This document shows positions 20,673-30,325 of a stretch of DNA of 64,000 nucleotides, piece after piece. Where the stretch lies: IMG/VR virus record IMGVR_UViG_3300014208_000031, positions 64,001 through 128,000 of that record; one strand, given 5' to 3'. Within the stretch, counting starts at the first letter, position 1. Every line of letters begins with the position of its first letter. Source of the DNA: a virus. The notes under the pieces are model-generated. The model saw only the letters and a list, made by a program, of their open reading frames with translations, did not search any database and was not told where the DNA came from. The position numbers were made by a program, and so were the translations under genes.

Positions 20673-21548
20673 CTATTTTTCCTTAGATTCTTTTTCTTTA
20701 ATCTGATCCAAAATCTGAACGATTTGCGCGGGTTTAATATCCATTATTGAATTCCAGTTTTCAGCATTTTCGTACTGTTTTTTAATAGACGTTTCTTTAA
20801 GTTTTTCAAAAGAGATGTTTTTCTCGTCCATTTTTTTCTGAAGGCTAGCGTGTGGCCCGGCGGCTGACATTTTAGGGTCTTGAGTTTCTTCATCTTTCAT
20901 GTCCGCGCCCGTTTCTTCTTTAGAACAAATATGAATATTAAGAAAATTACGGATATTTCTCGCTAAGGCTCTATTCTCGGCGGCTGTCGTTAAATACTTG
21001 GAATACCATGAGAAAACATTTTCTCTAGTGGCGTCCGCGCAGGATTCAAAAACCTGATCATTGTGTCGTCCGCCGGACTCATAGTTTCCAATATAAGTAA
21101 TTGAACATGTTTTAGATACTAAATCATAAGAAATATAATCATTTTTAAAAGTAACTGATTTATAGCCGCGAAGTCTTAAAAGCTCTTTAAGCCCGGCCAA
21201 GCCAATTAAAAGATCAACATCCTGAACCTTATCTTCAATAATATTTATTTCATAAAACTTTTTACCATATTTTTTTTCCATTTTATCTTTAGTTTTTTGG
21301 TCCTGTCCATTTAAAAATAAATATTCAGGCTTAATCATCGCGCGCCAGTCAATAAACCCGTCTTCACGGTATTTATATTCGATTCCTTCGATTAAGCCAC
21401 AGTTGTTACGTTTGAGTGGACAAACCGGGTGGACTTCTTCTACGGCTTTATAATCTTCTGAAATTTTATTTACAATATCATCATATCTAACGTCTTTCGT
21501 ATAGGGGTCTGGGGACACATTTTTTAATTCTTCTTTATTTTTTTTCAT
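20673..21548 (-). CDS. Sak/Rad52-like single-strand annealing protein
   Basis: LAGLKEL...RGY...ADAT..N...AAENRALARNIRNFLNI resembles the Rad52/Sak AETRA.GRAL helix. Confidence 0.55.
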   Translation of the reverse strand: MKKNKEELKNVSPDPYTKDVRYDDIVNKISEDYKAVEEVHPVCPLKRNNCGLIEGIEYKYREDGFIDWRAMIKPEYLFLNGQDQKTKDKMEKKYGKKFYEINIIEDKVQDVDLLIGLAGLKELLRLRGYKSVTFKNDYISYDLVSKTCSITYIGNYESGGRHNDQVFESCADATRENVFSWYSKYLTTAAENRALARNIRNFLNIHICSKEETGADMKDEETQDPKMSAAGPHASLQKKMDEKNISFEKLKETSIKKQYENAENWNSIMDIKPAQIVQILDQIKEKESKEK

Positions 21549-21553
21549 ATTAT

Positions 21554-21898
21554 TTATTTATTTTTCTGACTTATATTTAAATCTTCTGGTAGTGGAAGAC
21601 GCGCGAATCCTTCTTTTGCTGGAGCTAAAACATTCAAACTACTAAAATGAATTGGTGAGAAATTCTTATAATCAACTTTTTTATTTTCTAAGTCTATATC
21701 ACATTTATAAAAACTTAACCTCCAGCCGTCTTCATCTAATTTAGAAATATCAACCAACATTTTAATTCCCCAAGCGAATAATTCGGTGTGGTCACGAATT
21801 TCATATTTTTGTGATAAATAATCCATTTCGTCCGCGCGAATATTTAAAACTTTCATGTTTCTAAGTGTTTCGGGAGTGACTTCTTCGTTGTTTTCCAT
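21554..21898 (-). CDS. Hypothetical protein
   Basis: Tightly packed co-oriented ORF. Confidence 0.6.
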   Translation of the reverse strand: MENNEEVTPETLRNMKVLNIRADEMDYLSQKYEIRDHTELFAWGIKMLVDISKLDEDGWRLSFYKCDIDLENKKVDYKNFSPIHFSSLNVLAPAKEGFARLPLPEDLNISQKNK

Positions 21899-21907
21899 AA
21901 ATTTAAC

Positions 21908-22174
21908 TTAACAAATTTCACTAAATACAACCTGGCCCGACTCAAATTCATCAATAGTATATCCATTAACACAATTAACCATATTATCTACTTTAGAATT
22001 TTGATAATGTGCGTCCCAAATAAGAGAATTTAACATTCCGTTTTCATCACGTTCTGGGCCGGGCGGAATTTCTTTTTTAGTTTTAATTAGAGCGTTTTTA
22101 GCTTCTTCAAGAGATTCCGCGCAGACAAATGCCTCTTCTCCGTAATCATTGGGATTAAAATGGTATAACTTCAT
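21908..22174 (-). CDS. Hypothetical protein
   Basis: Tightly packed co-oriented ORF. Confidence 0.6.
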   Translation of the reverse strand: MKLYHFNPNDYGEEAFVCAESLEEAKNALIKTKKEIPPGPERDENGMLNSLIWDAHYQNSKVDNMVNCVNGYTIDEFESGQVVFSEIC

Positions 22175-22176
22175 TT

Positions 22177-22449
22177 TTATTCTTCTTTTTCCTTAAAATC
22201 TGATTCCGTCATTACATCAATATACCCTTGAGTTCTTTTTATAACTTCTTGAATCTGCGCTTTTTCCATTTCTAATTCCCATTCTTTAAATTGTAATTCG
22301 TCAATCTCTTTTAGTTTAGAAAATTCGCACGGCATTGCAAAATAAATATATTCTCCGTTTTCATCTTTGCCCGGATATAAGGTTGTTCCAACTGGGATTT
22401 TGCTCATGTCTATTTTAGACTGGATAAGGTTTTCTGCGTTTATTTTCAT
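22177..22449 (-). CDS. Hypothetical protein
   Basis: ORF with an AAAGGATATA motif just upstream. Confidence 0.6.
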   Translation of the reverse strand: MKINAENLIQSKIDMSKIPVGTTLYPGKDENGEYIYFAMPCEFSKLKEIDELQFKEWELEMEKAQIQEVIKRTQGYIDVMTESDFKEKEE

Positions 22450-22457
22450 GAATAACT

Positions 22458-22467
22458 TATATCCTTT
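22458..22467 (-). promoter_or_regulatory. AAAGGATATA motif (putative extended -10 early/middle promoter)
   Basis: Exact copies also at 27300, 34800, 38303, 44753, 51797, 52131, 55390, 60274 and 61272, all at or near gene boundaries. Confidence 0.65.
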
Positions 22468-22488
22468 TCCGCCAGACTATTGATTAAG

Positions 22489-23700
22489 CTAATCTGAATG
22501 AATCCAGAAAAAATCTTGGTTTGAAATCCACTCTTTATTATCCAACTTAACTTTTCCAACAGGATTTTGTGGATCGCAAGGGTTTTGCGCCCGCCATTCT
22601 GAAATATCTGAATACCACTGACCTTTACTTAGGATTAGTTTTGAGCTTTTATAATTACAATTTTTATAATCTTCAACATTTACTGATTCCGCCGGGACAT
22701 TTAAATATTTAACTATTTTATTTTTCAAATCTTCCAAAGTCGGGCGGCCTTGTTGTTGAATTAAAGGTAAATCCATATAGTCGAGAAGCACGTTAGCTTT
22801 TAGCCATTCTCTGTCTTCGTAGCTTATTAAGACTAGTGGAATTCCAAGTTTTATTACTTTTTGGCACCATTCTTTATTATGTTGGTCGTCAATTTGATAA
22901 ATTATACTATTTATGTTTTGTTTTAATTGTTTTAAATATTCTAGGTTTAAAGGACGATCAGTTACAACATTATATTTTCGGGCAGCTAAGTTATTAAAAA
23001 TTAGATTTTCGTCAAAATATAAGTCAGCGCGCATGTTTAATACTTGACCCGGTAAAAAATTAGGATCGTTGATTATAAAATCTGGTATTACCTCGGCGGA
23101 CTGATTTGGATATATTTGTCCAACCAAAACAGTTTTACCTTTAATTTCGTGTTTGATTTCTAAAGTGTCAAGAATCGCGCGGGCTACATCGTAAACACAA
23201 ATCAGATTTATACTCTTGGGATTTTCCCCCGGATTAAAACTGCAATTTCTGCCCCAACGATGACTTTCTATGAATTTTGACCGTGAATTAAAATAGAATG
23301 GAGAATGGACCGATACGCTAGTTGACCCATACAAACTAATTATAGGCACCTCTACGGCGGCGTGACAAGCCCAAGAATCATTACCAACGTGAGCCAAGGC
23401 ATTTCTAAGGATATAAACCGATTGAGCAAAATTTGTTTGATTAACTAAGCCAATCACATTATTTAAGGGCTTTATTTCTCCTTGTCCTAATTGAATTATT
23501 TTGATATTTTCTTTTTCTAAATGAGGGAGTATTAAGTCAATTACGTTTTGCCACAAATCATAATCTTTTGCAGGCTGTCCAGAACTATTTTGAATAGTAA
23601 TATATTTGTCTGCTGGAGTTGGAAAATATTGAGACGGTAAAACAGGCTTGTGTTTAATTTCAACGCTCGATGATAAACTATAAGATTCCAGTAATTTCAT
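22489..23700 (-). CDS. Glycosyltransferase family 9 (heptosyltransferase-like)
   Basis: AKDYDLW..VI, IIQLG, HVGNDSWACHAA, ISLYGST motifs. Confidence 0.75.
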   Translation of the reverse strand: MKLLESYSLSSSVEIKHKPVLPSQYFPTPADKYITIQNSSGQPAKDYDLWQNVIDLILPHLEKENIKIIQLGQGEIKPLNNVIGLVNQTNFAQSVYILRNALAHVGNDSWACHAAVEVPIISLYGSTSVSVHSPFYFNSRSKFIESHRWGRNCSFNPGENPKSINLICVYDVARAILDTLEIKHEIKGKTVLVGQIYPNQSAEVIPDFIINDPNFLPGQVLNMRADLYFDENLIFNNLAARKYNVVTDRPLNLEYLKQLKQNINSIIYQIDDQHNKEWCQKVIKLGIPLVLISYEDREWLKANVLLDYMDLPLIQQQGRPTLEDLKNKIVKYLNVPAESVNVEDYKNCNYKSSKLILSKGQWYSDISEWRAQNPCDPQNPVGKVKLDNKEWISNQDFFWIHSD

Positions 23701-25592
23701 TAGTATTTATTAGTAAGATAATTTAGAATTTTTTGTGTTGCTATTGGAACCAATATATAAACATTAACGATTCCTTTATCTTGGCCCGCCCCAGTCATAA
23801 TCATTTCATTGTCCATTATTGGAGCATATGGAATTAATTTAATATCATTATTGCCTGAATAAACTTCCCAATACTTTTGCTCTGCGGCTAAATAAATGGC
23901 ATATTCTTCGCGTGGATATTTTTCAATTATACTCGGAACTAAAGAAGTGAAAATTACATGATCGCCATAAGACTGCGGTAAAACTAATAACACTCTTTTG
24001 CGCGGATCATTTTTGTCAAATAAATCTTCTAAGTTTATTTGATTTTGCTGTCCAGATTCAGAATTCTGTTTCCGAGCCGTCTCGATAAAAAAACTATACA
24101 CCTGTTCCCTTGTTCTGCCATGAAGTAAACCTTGAGTCCAATTACTAATTCCTTCTTGGTCGCCATCACAGAGTAACACATTTTTATATAAATCAACCAC
24201 AAACTCTGTGTCACTTAAATTATTTTTTTGAAATGGATAATTTTCGTTTTTTCTTTGTTCTTCATAAGAATAATCCCAATTCACTTCTGGTAAATTATCT
24301 AGTATATTTTCCCAATCTTTAGCTACTTTATTTACGTCAAAATTATCAATAATCCATTGTCGGCTTTTTTTGCCTAATTCTGCACGCTTAGAAACTGGTA
24401 ATTCATATATTTTCTTAATAAATTTCATTATACTCCACGCTGAGGGAGTCATTTTTTCAAACTGTGTTCCAAACTCTATACTTTTAGAAGCGTCAAGGGT
24501 ATAAACAAAATCATTTTTGCAGAAATCATGACCGTAAGAATAATCAATCGTAGCAAGAGGGACAGCGCACGACATTGATTCTACGCCGGGAAGCTCTGTC
24601 GCTCCGCTATTGGCTACCAAAGTAAAACAATCGGCAATTCCATACAATTGATACATTTCATTAGAATCCGCGCCGAACATCACGTTTGGAGTGGTTAATG
24701 ATTTTTCCGCTCCACAACATTTACAATTTTTATCATCGTCATCAATTTTAATTGAAATATTTTTACATTGCTGACATAACCAAGTAAAAAGAATTTTGTG
24801 GTAATCTACATTATATCTTTTGCAAAATCTCTTGTGATCCCATCCTTCTGAAAGGCTGGTATGAAAATATAAATAGGTATTTTTGGCGATTTCTGGACTG
24901 TTTTTTTCTAGTAATCCATAAGCCTCAATAATACTATGGCTTTGTTTTCTTAACTGTGATCTAAAAAAATATGAATCAATAAAAGAATCTTTAGGAACTC
25001 CAAATTTTTCTCTTAGTTCTCGTTTTTCTGTAGATGTTATTGGTTTATATTTTTCTGTATCGACTGGAGGAAAAATTGTTTTGACCGTATGGCCTAATTT
25101 AGCAAATTCTTCCGTAGCAAATGAACTCCAAACATATAGATTTTTTAATTTATCAATATTATCGAGACATGGTTGATATAAAGGAGTACTGTCCAAGGTG
25201 ACCCATGCTATAGAATTTATTTTATTATTGAATTTTTTATTAGCAAGTAAATCGCTTGATCCCCACGGATCATTAACCCATATTAATGTTTTTGGTTTAA
25301 ATTCTCTTACCCATCTGTCCGCTGCGCTATTTGCATAACTTTCTTGCCTAGCTAAAAATTGGTCCTGATTAAGTCTATTTATTTCATTTTGATCGTTAGG
25401 AAGCGCCCCGACACATTGCCACGGAAACTTTTGAAAATCAGGGTGTCCGTCAACCATCCCCTGACAGATGTGCAGGATTTGAAAACGTCCAGTTTTATAT
25501 AATTTACTAAGTAGTTGAAGCGAAACATTTCCGAATCCCGTTTTAGCGGAAGCGCAGTCTGAAATATAAATTAGTTTATGTAAATCTTTCAT
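23700..25592 (-). CDS. GT-B (GT4-like) glycosyltransferase with DUF4214-like and GT9-N-like C-terminal extensions
   Basis: TGFGNV N-terminus, VDTEKY, YGIADCF..ANSGATELPGVESMSC; FVVDLYKNVL..D..G...W; PQSYGDHV. Confidence 0.75.
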   Translation of the reverse strand: MKDLHKLIYISDCASAKTGFGNVSLQLLSKLYKTGRFQILHICQGMVDGHPDFQKFPWQCVGALPNDQNEINRLNQDQFLARQESYANSAADRWVREFKPKTLIWVNDPWGSSDLLANKKFNNKINSIAWVTLDSTPLYQPCLDNIDKLKNLYVWSSFATEEFAKLGHTVKTIFPPVDTEKYKPITSTEKRELREKFGVPKDSFIDSYFFRSQLRKQSHSIIEAYGLLEKNSPEIAKNTYLYFHTSLSEGWDHKRFCKRYNVDYHKILFTWLCQQCKNISIKIDDDDKNCKCCGAEKSLTTPNVMFGADSNEMYQLYGIADCFTLVANSGATELPGVESMSCAVPLATIDYSYGHDFCKNDFVYTLDASKSIEFGTQFEKMTPSAWSIMKFIKKIYELPVSKRAELGKKSRQWIIDNFDVNKVAKDWENILDNLPEVNWDYSYEEQRKNENYPFQKNNLSDTEFVVDLYKNVLLCDGDQEGISNWTQGLLHGRTREQVYSFFIETARKQNSESGQQNQINLEDLFDKNDPRKRVLLVLPQSYGDHVIFTSLVPSIIEKYPREEYAIYLAAEQKYWEVYSGNNDIKLIPYAPIMDNEMIMTGAGQDKGIVNVYILVPIATQKILNYLTNKY

Positions 25593-27295
25593 AGTAAATA
25601 ACCTAATCTATTTCTAATATCTTTTATTATTAATTTAGCGTCTTCTAAAACTGCCTTGCCAGATGAATATCGAGCTTTCCCAACAACCATTTCAACTATT
25701 TTCTCATATAATTCAAATTTTCTTTTCATTATAAATGGAGTATCTCGAAAAAGATAGTTACATATTTTTATAATTGGCTGCCAATATTGAACCCATATTG
25801 TATATGTATTTTCTCCTTGTTGTCTAAGATAGATATTAATACCCAGCTCTGTAGAAAGTTTGTCTCTAATTTTTGAAACTAAATCTAACGTTCCCGTTAT
25901 ACATAATCCTAATGTTTTACCAAAAGTTATACCACCATCTCCCATAAAAATTCCATGAATAAAATGAGATTCTAGTTCAGAACTGACCCATTTTGGATAT
26001 TCTATGATCAGGCTTTTATTCGGAACAATACCTAATTCTATTAGACGATTCCCTAATACCTTATTTTTAATGCTTAAAATAACCGAATTCTTTTGTTTTT
26101 GATCAAAAAGGCGTCCTTCGTATTTTAATTCAGATTTTATAAATTTAACTGTATCTAAATCTATGTTATTTAATTCTATAGAAAATGTATTATTTTGTCC
26201 ATGCTTATTTCCATCAGAATATAATAATCCCATAACTATATTTTTGCTGGCCGTGTCTATTTCATTAAAATAGTCTTTATCCACAAAATATTTTTGGCCA
26301 GATTCAGAATAATCTCTAATTGGAATTTTGTATTCTCTAAAGATTCTGTCTATAACCGGACGACTAACTAAATACTCGGCGGCTAGTTTTTCAATACTAA
26401 TTTTATTTTGTAGATATTTATTAATTATTTCTTTCTTAATTTCGGGATTAGTGAGTTTTTGTGGTTTAAAACCAGAAATACCAGACTTCATTTTCCTAAT
26501 ACCAGCCTTATCTAAGGCTCTACTTACTGTTAGTATTGCCAGTTTTAGCTCTTTGGCTATAAAAGATAGCGTATTACCAGCGTTAAATAACTCAATAATT
26601 AACTGAATATCATATTCTTTTTTTATATTAGCTTCTGAAATTGTTCGTAATTTTATATCATTTCTAGTTAAAATCCCCTGAATTACGGTGCGATCACAAT
26701 TATATTCTCTTGTTAAAGATCTTTCTGATTGATTTGTATATTTTTCACAAATTTCTTTTTCAGTCTCTACTGAGAATCTACGTTTAAGTTTTCCAGGGTG
26801 TCTTAGTACGTGCCCATTTTTTACAATAATAGCCGCAACGTCTGGATTATTTTTAATTCCAAAGAGTTTTCCAATGTTTCTTTGTGTCCAATTTTCTTCT
26901 GTGTATAATTTGCAAATAATCAATTCATCTTCTTTGGATAAATTTAAATTTTTACGTTGGATATTATCATAATGTTTAGGGATTTTATTATTTTCAATAA
27001 AAGCTCTTATAATTAAGTATTCGTGTAGCCCGGTTTGATTATGGATAGAAGATATATTAATTCCACTTTCGTTTAGAGAAAAAACTAAATCAATTTCATC
27101 TTTAGTTAAAGATTTTCTATCTACTGTGGAAAAATGAGTCTTTTTTAGGAGACTTTTACTAGATAGGAACTCAGCAATTTTTGCATGTCCAATATTAATT
27201 TGTTTTGCAATATTAGTATATCCAACATTTTGATTTACATACAAATCAATTATTTTTTCTTGCTGTTTTTCTGTTAATCCTAAAATCTCCATCAA
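25589..27295 (-). CDS. Free-standing LAGLIDADG homing endonuclease with tandem N-terminal HTH repeats
   Basis: IVMGLLYSDG and FIHGIFMGDG motifs, GIVPNKSL, and several IIxLY...IAK HTH units. Confidence 0.85.
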   Translation of the reverse strand: MMEILGLTEKQQEKIIDLYVNQNVGYTNIAKQINIGHAKIAEFLSSKSLLKKTHFSTVDRKSLTKDEIDLVFSLNESGINISSIHNQTGLHEYLIIRAFIENNKIPKHYDNIQRKNLNLSKEDELIICKLYTEENWTQRNIGKLFGIKNNPDVAAIIVKNGHVLRHPGKLKRRFSVETEKEICEKYTNQSERSLTREYNCDRTVIQGILTRNDIKLRTISEANIKKEYDIQLIIELFNAGNTLSFIAKELKLAILTVSRALDKAGIRKMKSGISGFKPQKLTNPEIKKEIINKYLQNKISIEKLAAEYLVSRPVIDRIFREYKIPIRDYSESGQKYFVDKDYFNEIDTASKNIVMGLLYSDGNKHGQNNTFSIELNNIDLDTVKFIKSELKYEGRLFDQKQKNSVILSIKNKVLGNRLIELGIVPNKSLIIEYPKWVSSELESHFIHGIFMGDGGITFGKTLGLCITGTLDLVSKIRDKLSTELGINIYLRQQGENTYTIWVQYWQPIIKICNYLFRDTPFIMKRKFELYEKIVEMVVGKARYSSGKAVLEDAKLIIKDIRNRLGYLL

Positions 27296-27337
27296 AAATT
27301 ATATCCTTTATTTTTCAAATTACTTATAAATAAAAAC

Positions 27338-27367
27338 AAAAAATCTACAGTCGATTAAAACTGTAGA
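27338..27367 (-). terminator. Intrinsic terminator
   Basis: TCTACAGT/ACTGTAGA stem followed by a T-run on the minus strand. Confidence 0.6.
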
Positions 27368-27419
27368 AATTTTGATTTACCTCAATGAACAACACACCTA
27401 ACACTAACAGCTTTTAAAT

Positions 27420-27881
27420 TTATTGATTGGCTTTTTCTTCTATCAGTTCTGCCAATTCATCATCTCCAGTGATAACTTCATAAGAACCAAATCTAAAATC
27501 CCCATTTTCAACTTCTAAAATTGAATCTTCTTTTAATTCAACTATTTTTAGTATATCGTCTTTTCTAGATAGCATTTTTTCTGAGTCTGGCCAAGATTTT
27601 GCTAATTTTAGTGGAATAATAGAAAGTAGTCCTGAATCGACTCCTACTATTGCGATAGTCCGCCCGGCTTTCGTTACAGCATATCCGCCGTCCCCAAAAG
27701 CTGTTCCAATAACCACGAACTTAGTTTCATTGTAATCCATTTCGATTCCGTTGCTATCATCTTTTAATTTATCACATAAACTACCCCATTCTTCATCTGG
27801 ATAGACATAACATGGATCGGTTATTACATATTTTCCTTTAGCCAATTTGAATATTTCTGCGTTTTTATATTTATGTTTCAT
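27420..27881 (-). CDS. Hypothetical protein (DUF4241-like)
   Basis: YVITDPCYV...TAFGDGGY...VDSGL motif. Confidence 0.6.
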   Translation of the reverse strand: MKHKYKNAEIFKLAKGKYVITDPCYVYPDEEWGSLCDKLKDDSNGIEMDYNETKFVVIGTAFGDGGYAVTKAGRTIAIVGVDSGLLSIIPLKLAKSWPDSEKMLSRKDDILKIVELKEDSILEVENGDFRFGSYEVITGDDELAELIEEKANQ

Positions 27882-27883
27882 GT

Positions 27884-28600
27884 TTAAATGATGTTTAGTT
27901 TTGCTTTATCTCCATGATATTTAATTGCGGCTTCGTTGTAAGCTCGGGCGGCTTCTTTTTCAGAGTTAAAAAGACCCAAATGAATTCCTTTGTAATTAAA
28001 TCCTATTTTAGCGCACCAAGCTTTATCTCTTGAAGAGAAACTCACTCCACGATATTTAGATGTGTATTCTCCAGAATTTTTGATTTCTGTCCCTGAGAGA
28101 AGTTTAGATATTCTTAGAGTGTCATCTTTACTCGCTTCGGGTAAATTTATTAAAGCAAATTCTCCCCAAATCTCTTTAGCTTTTATATCGTAAGCAATCG
28201 CGGCGTCTTTAGCATTATCAAAACGACCAAGATTAATTCTTTTTCTATTTAACATTATATAGGCATGATAATTTTGACTTTTTTTATCGAAAGATACTCC
28301 TTTATATCCGGTAGTATTATTCTTACTCATAATAGAATTTCCGCCATTTTGCGACTGGCTACAAACTCTCAAATTTTCCCTTCTATTGTCTAATTTGTTA
28401 TGATTAATATGATCGACAAATTGACCTTTTTGAGCATTCGTAATTAATCTGTGCATAAGAACACAAATTTTATTTCCTAAGATAGATTGATTATAAGCGT
28501 AACCTTGAGCATGAAAGGTCCACTTATATTGATTTAGATTCTCGTAATCCTCATCATCTACCAGAGCAAATTTGTCTCGCGTTAACTTAATTTCTTTCAA
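27884..28600 (-). CDS. HNH endonuclease with two AP2 domains
   Basis: ALVDDED, MHRLI..VDHINHNKLDNRRENLR; two YKGV/YRGV...LG.F...AA.AY AP2 repeats. Confidence 0.9.
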   Translation of the reverse strand: MKEIKLTRDKFALVDDEDYENLNQYKWTFHAQGYAYNQSILGNKICVLMHRLITNAQKGQFVDHINHNKLDNRRENLRVCSQSQNGGNSIMSKNNTTGYKGVSFDKKSQNYHAYIMLNRKRINLGRFDNAKDAAIAYDIKAKEIWGEFALINLPEASKDDTLRISKLLSGTEIKNSGEYTSKYRGVSFSSRDKAWCAKIGFNYKGIHLGLFNSEKEAARAYNEAAIKYHGDKAKLNII

Positions 28601-29274
28601 AATAAGTCGTCGGAACTACTATCATCAATATTTACGTCCCCATCAACATCTTCTTTTTCTTTAATTACTTCCTTTTTCTTGGGCGCGGACTTAGCTTTTG
28701 GCGCGGCAGGCTTACTTGCTGGTTCTGCTCCGGTAACAGTTAGCTTTACAGATAACTCGCGGAGTTTCTCAATAAAGAAATCATCGGTAGGGGTGAAGTC
28801 CCTCTGTATTTTGTTTTTAAAACTAACTTCGATTGGAGCCGGGATTTCTGAAAGAGAAAATTTCCAATTTACCATATTTCCTTTTTGGCGTAATGCTACC
28901 GAAGCAAAGTCTTTCTTACTTGTATATAATCCAATTTTTAAATCGGTATATTCTTCAAGATTAAGTAAGGAATTGTATAATGACCGTGATAGCATGTTTA
29001 ATTTTGTATCCACAAGGTATGTTTCCCCAAGGACTGAATCTTTAAGGGTCAGAGAAACCGTATGATATACATTCCCTTCCCAATTATTTTCTTTAATTTC
29101 AATTCGAGTCAGGTCGCCGGACACACTAGCATTGGTTCCTGTAACCACCCATTTACCTTCAATTTTCTCTCTAATTTCAAAGGTCGGATCAATTTTGTGC
29201 TTTTGAGCATCCTGTACTATGAGCTTGAGGATTAAGAGTTTGTTATTGTCGTTTTGGTTATCGTTGCCTAACAT
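28597..29274 (-). CDS. Putative single-stranded DNA-binding protein
   Basis: OB-like beta-rich core, Pro/Ala/Lys linker and acidic tail ending DDSSSDDLF. Confidence 0.5.
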   Translation of the reverse strand: MLGNDNQNDNNKLLILKLIVQDAQKHKIDPTFEIREKIEGKWVVTGTNASVSGDLTRIEIKENNWEGNVYHTVSLTLKDSVLGETYLVDTKLNMLSRSLYNSLLNLEEYTDLKIGLYTSKKDFASVALRQKGNMVNWKFSLSEIPAPIEVSFKNKIQRDFTPTDDFFIEKLRELSVKLTVTGAEPASKPAAPKAKSAPKKKEVIKEKEDVDGDVNIDDSSSDDLF

Positions 29275-29346
29275 ATTTTATCTTTTCTATTTGGTTTGTT
29301 TTAACTTACTTGTCTTTATATACTTTAGTATTGAGAATTTTCTAGT

Positions 29347-29583
29347 TTATTTTACCACTTCTAAATCATGAATATCGGCAACATTGGAAATCGTTTCCAT
29401 TGTGGTCATTTCTCCGTTAAGAATATCTTCTCTTTCTTTTTCGGCGCGTTTTATTTCTTCTCGAAAAGACTGTTTAACGGCTTTAAATTTCTTATTCATA
29501 TCTTGAATATATTCTGAGATTTCTAGCACTTTTTCTGCTTTATTATTATCGTTTTTCATCGTTTCTTTTATTTGTGGCATCAT
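29347..29583 (-). CDS. Hypothetical coiled-coil protein
   Basis: Co-oriented ORF. Confidence 0.55.
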   Translation of the reverse strand: MMPQIKETMKNDNNKAEKVLEISEYIQDMNKKFKAVKQSFREEIKRAEKEREDILNGEMTTMETISNVADIHDLEVVK

Positions 29584-29590
29584 GGTTTTA

Positions 29591-29974
29591 TTATTTTAAA
29601 TTTTGACCTTCGACTCCTCTTAAAATTCTATCCTTAGTTCGTTTTTGTAGCCATTCAAGACAGCTTTCCGCGTGCAGTAAAGATTCTTTATTATCTTCGC
29701 AAGTATATTCCCCGGACTGAAATCCGCGCAGCCTATCAATTATGATAGCTAATAAGGCTTCATTAGATATTCCATTTACTCCAAATTCTTTAATTGGACC
29801 GTTTTGGAAACTAATATTTTGATAAACTACTGGAGTTCCCGATTTTTCGTATGGATCATTATATGCTTCAATACGATATTCGTGATTGGCATTGCCTTGG
29901 CCGGGCGCATCTAATACTAGAATATCTAGTAAATCATTTAATCCGTTTAGTTTATGGTCTGTTAGTTGTCTCAT
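29591..29974 (-). CDS. tad1: Tad1-family anti-defence nucleotide sponge
   Basis: PGQGNANHEY, ISFQNGP, G.SNEALLAIIIDRLRGFQSG...EDN...LEWLQKRTKDRILRGVEG parallels Tad1 as I recall it (GPGGAYHEY, IKFQKG, LLEIVRDRLKSFQAG, REN, WMNRRVEDRIERNVLG). Confidence 0.85.
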   Translation of the reverse strand: MRQLTDHKLNGLNDLLDILVLDAPGQGNANHEYRIEAYNDPYEKSGTPVVYQNISFQNGPIKEFGVNGISNEALLAIIIDRLRGFQSGEYTCEDNKESLLHAESCLEWLQKRTKDRILRGVEGQNLK

Positions 29975-30050
29975 ATTTTTACTTTATTTAGTTTGTTTGA
30001 AATTTTGACAGGATATTTACCACGAGTAACTGTCATGCTCGTCTCTTCAA

Positions 30051-30272
30051 TTAGACCCCAGTAACTACAGAGATAGTTTTTAGTGCTACCTTAACTTGAC
30101 GTTTTTGGTTGCGGTCGAAAAGCGTGACAAAATTCGGCGTGACTGACCGGATTTGGCCGTTGTAGCTTGCCTCTCCGCGAGAAGTTACTGTATGAACTCC
30201 TACCATGCGTCCGCGCGAATTGGATAACCGAGCGGATAGACTTGACTGACTTACTTTATTTGACTTACTCAT
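30051..30272 (-). CDS. Small basic protein, possible SH3/Sm-like fold
   Basis: Alternating beta pattern (MVGVHT..YNGQIRSV..FVTLFD..VKVAL..ISVV). Confidence 0.55.
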   Translation of the reverse strand: MSKSNKVSQSSLSARLSNSRGRMVGVHTVTSRGEASYNGQIRSVTPNFVTLFDRNQKRQVKVALKTISVVTGV

Positions 30273-30325
30273 TATTTTATTTTTCTTATTCCTTTGTTAA
30301 TTACGAGCGTTATTGCTCTGTAAAA

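Noticed and set aside
30030-30053. Stop-codon readthrough stimulated by the pseudoknot (stop plus 8-nt spacer)
   Set aside because: The readthrough frame hits TGA after five codons (ttg aag aga cga gca tga).
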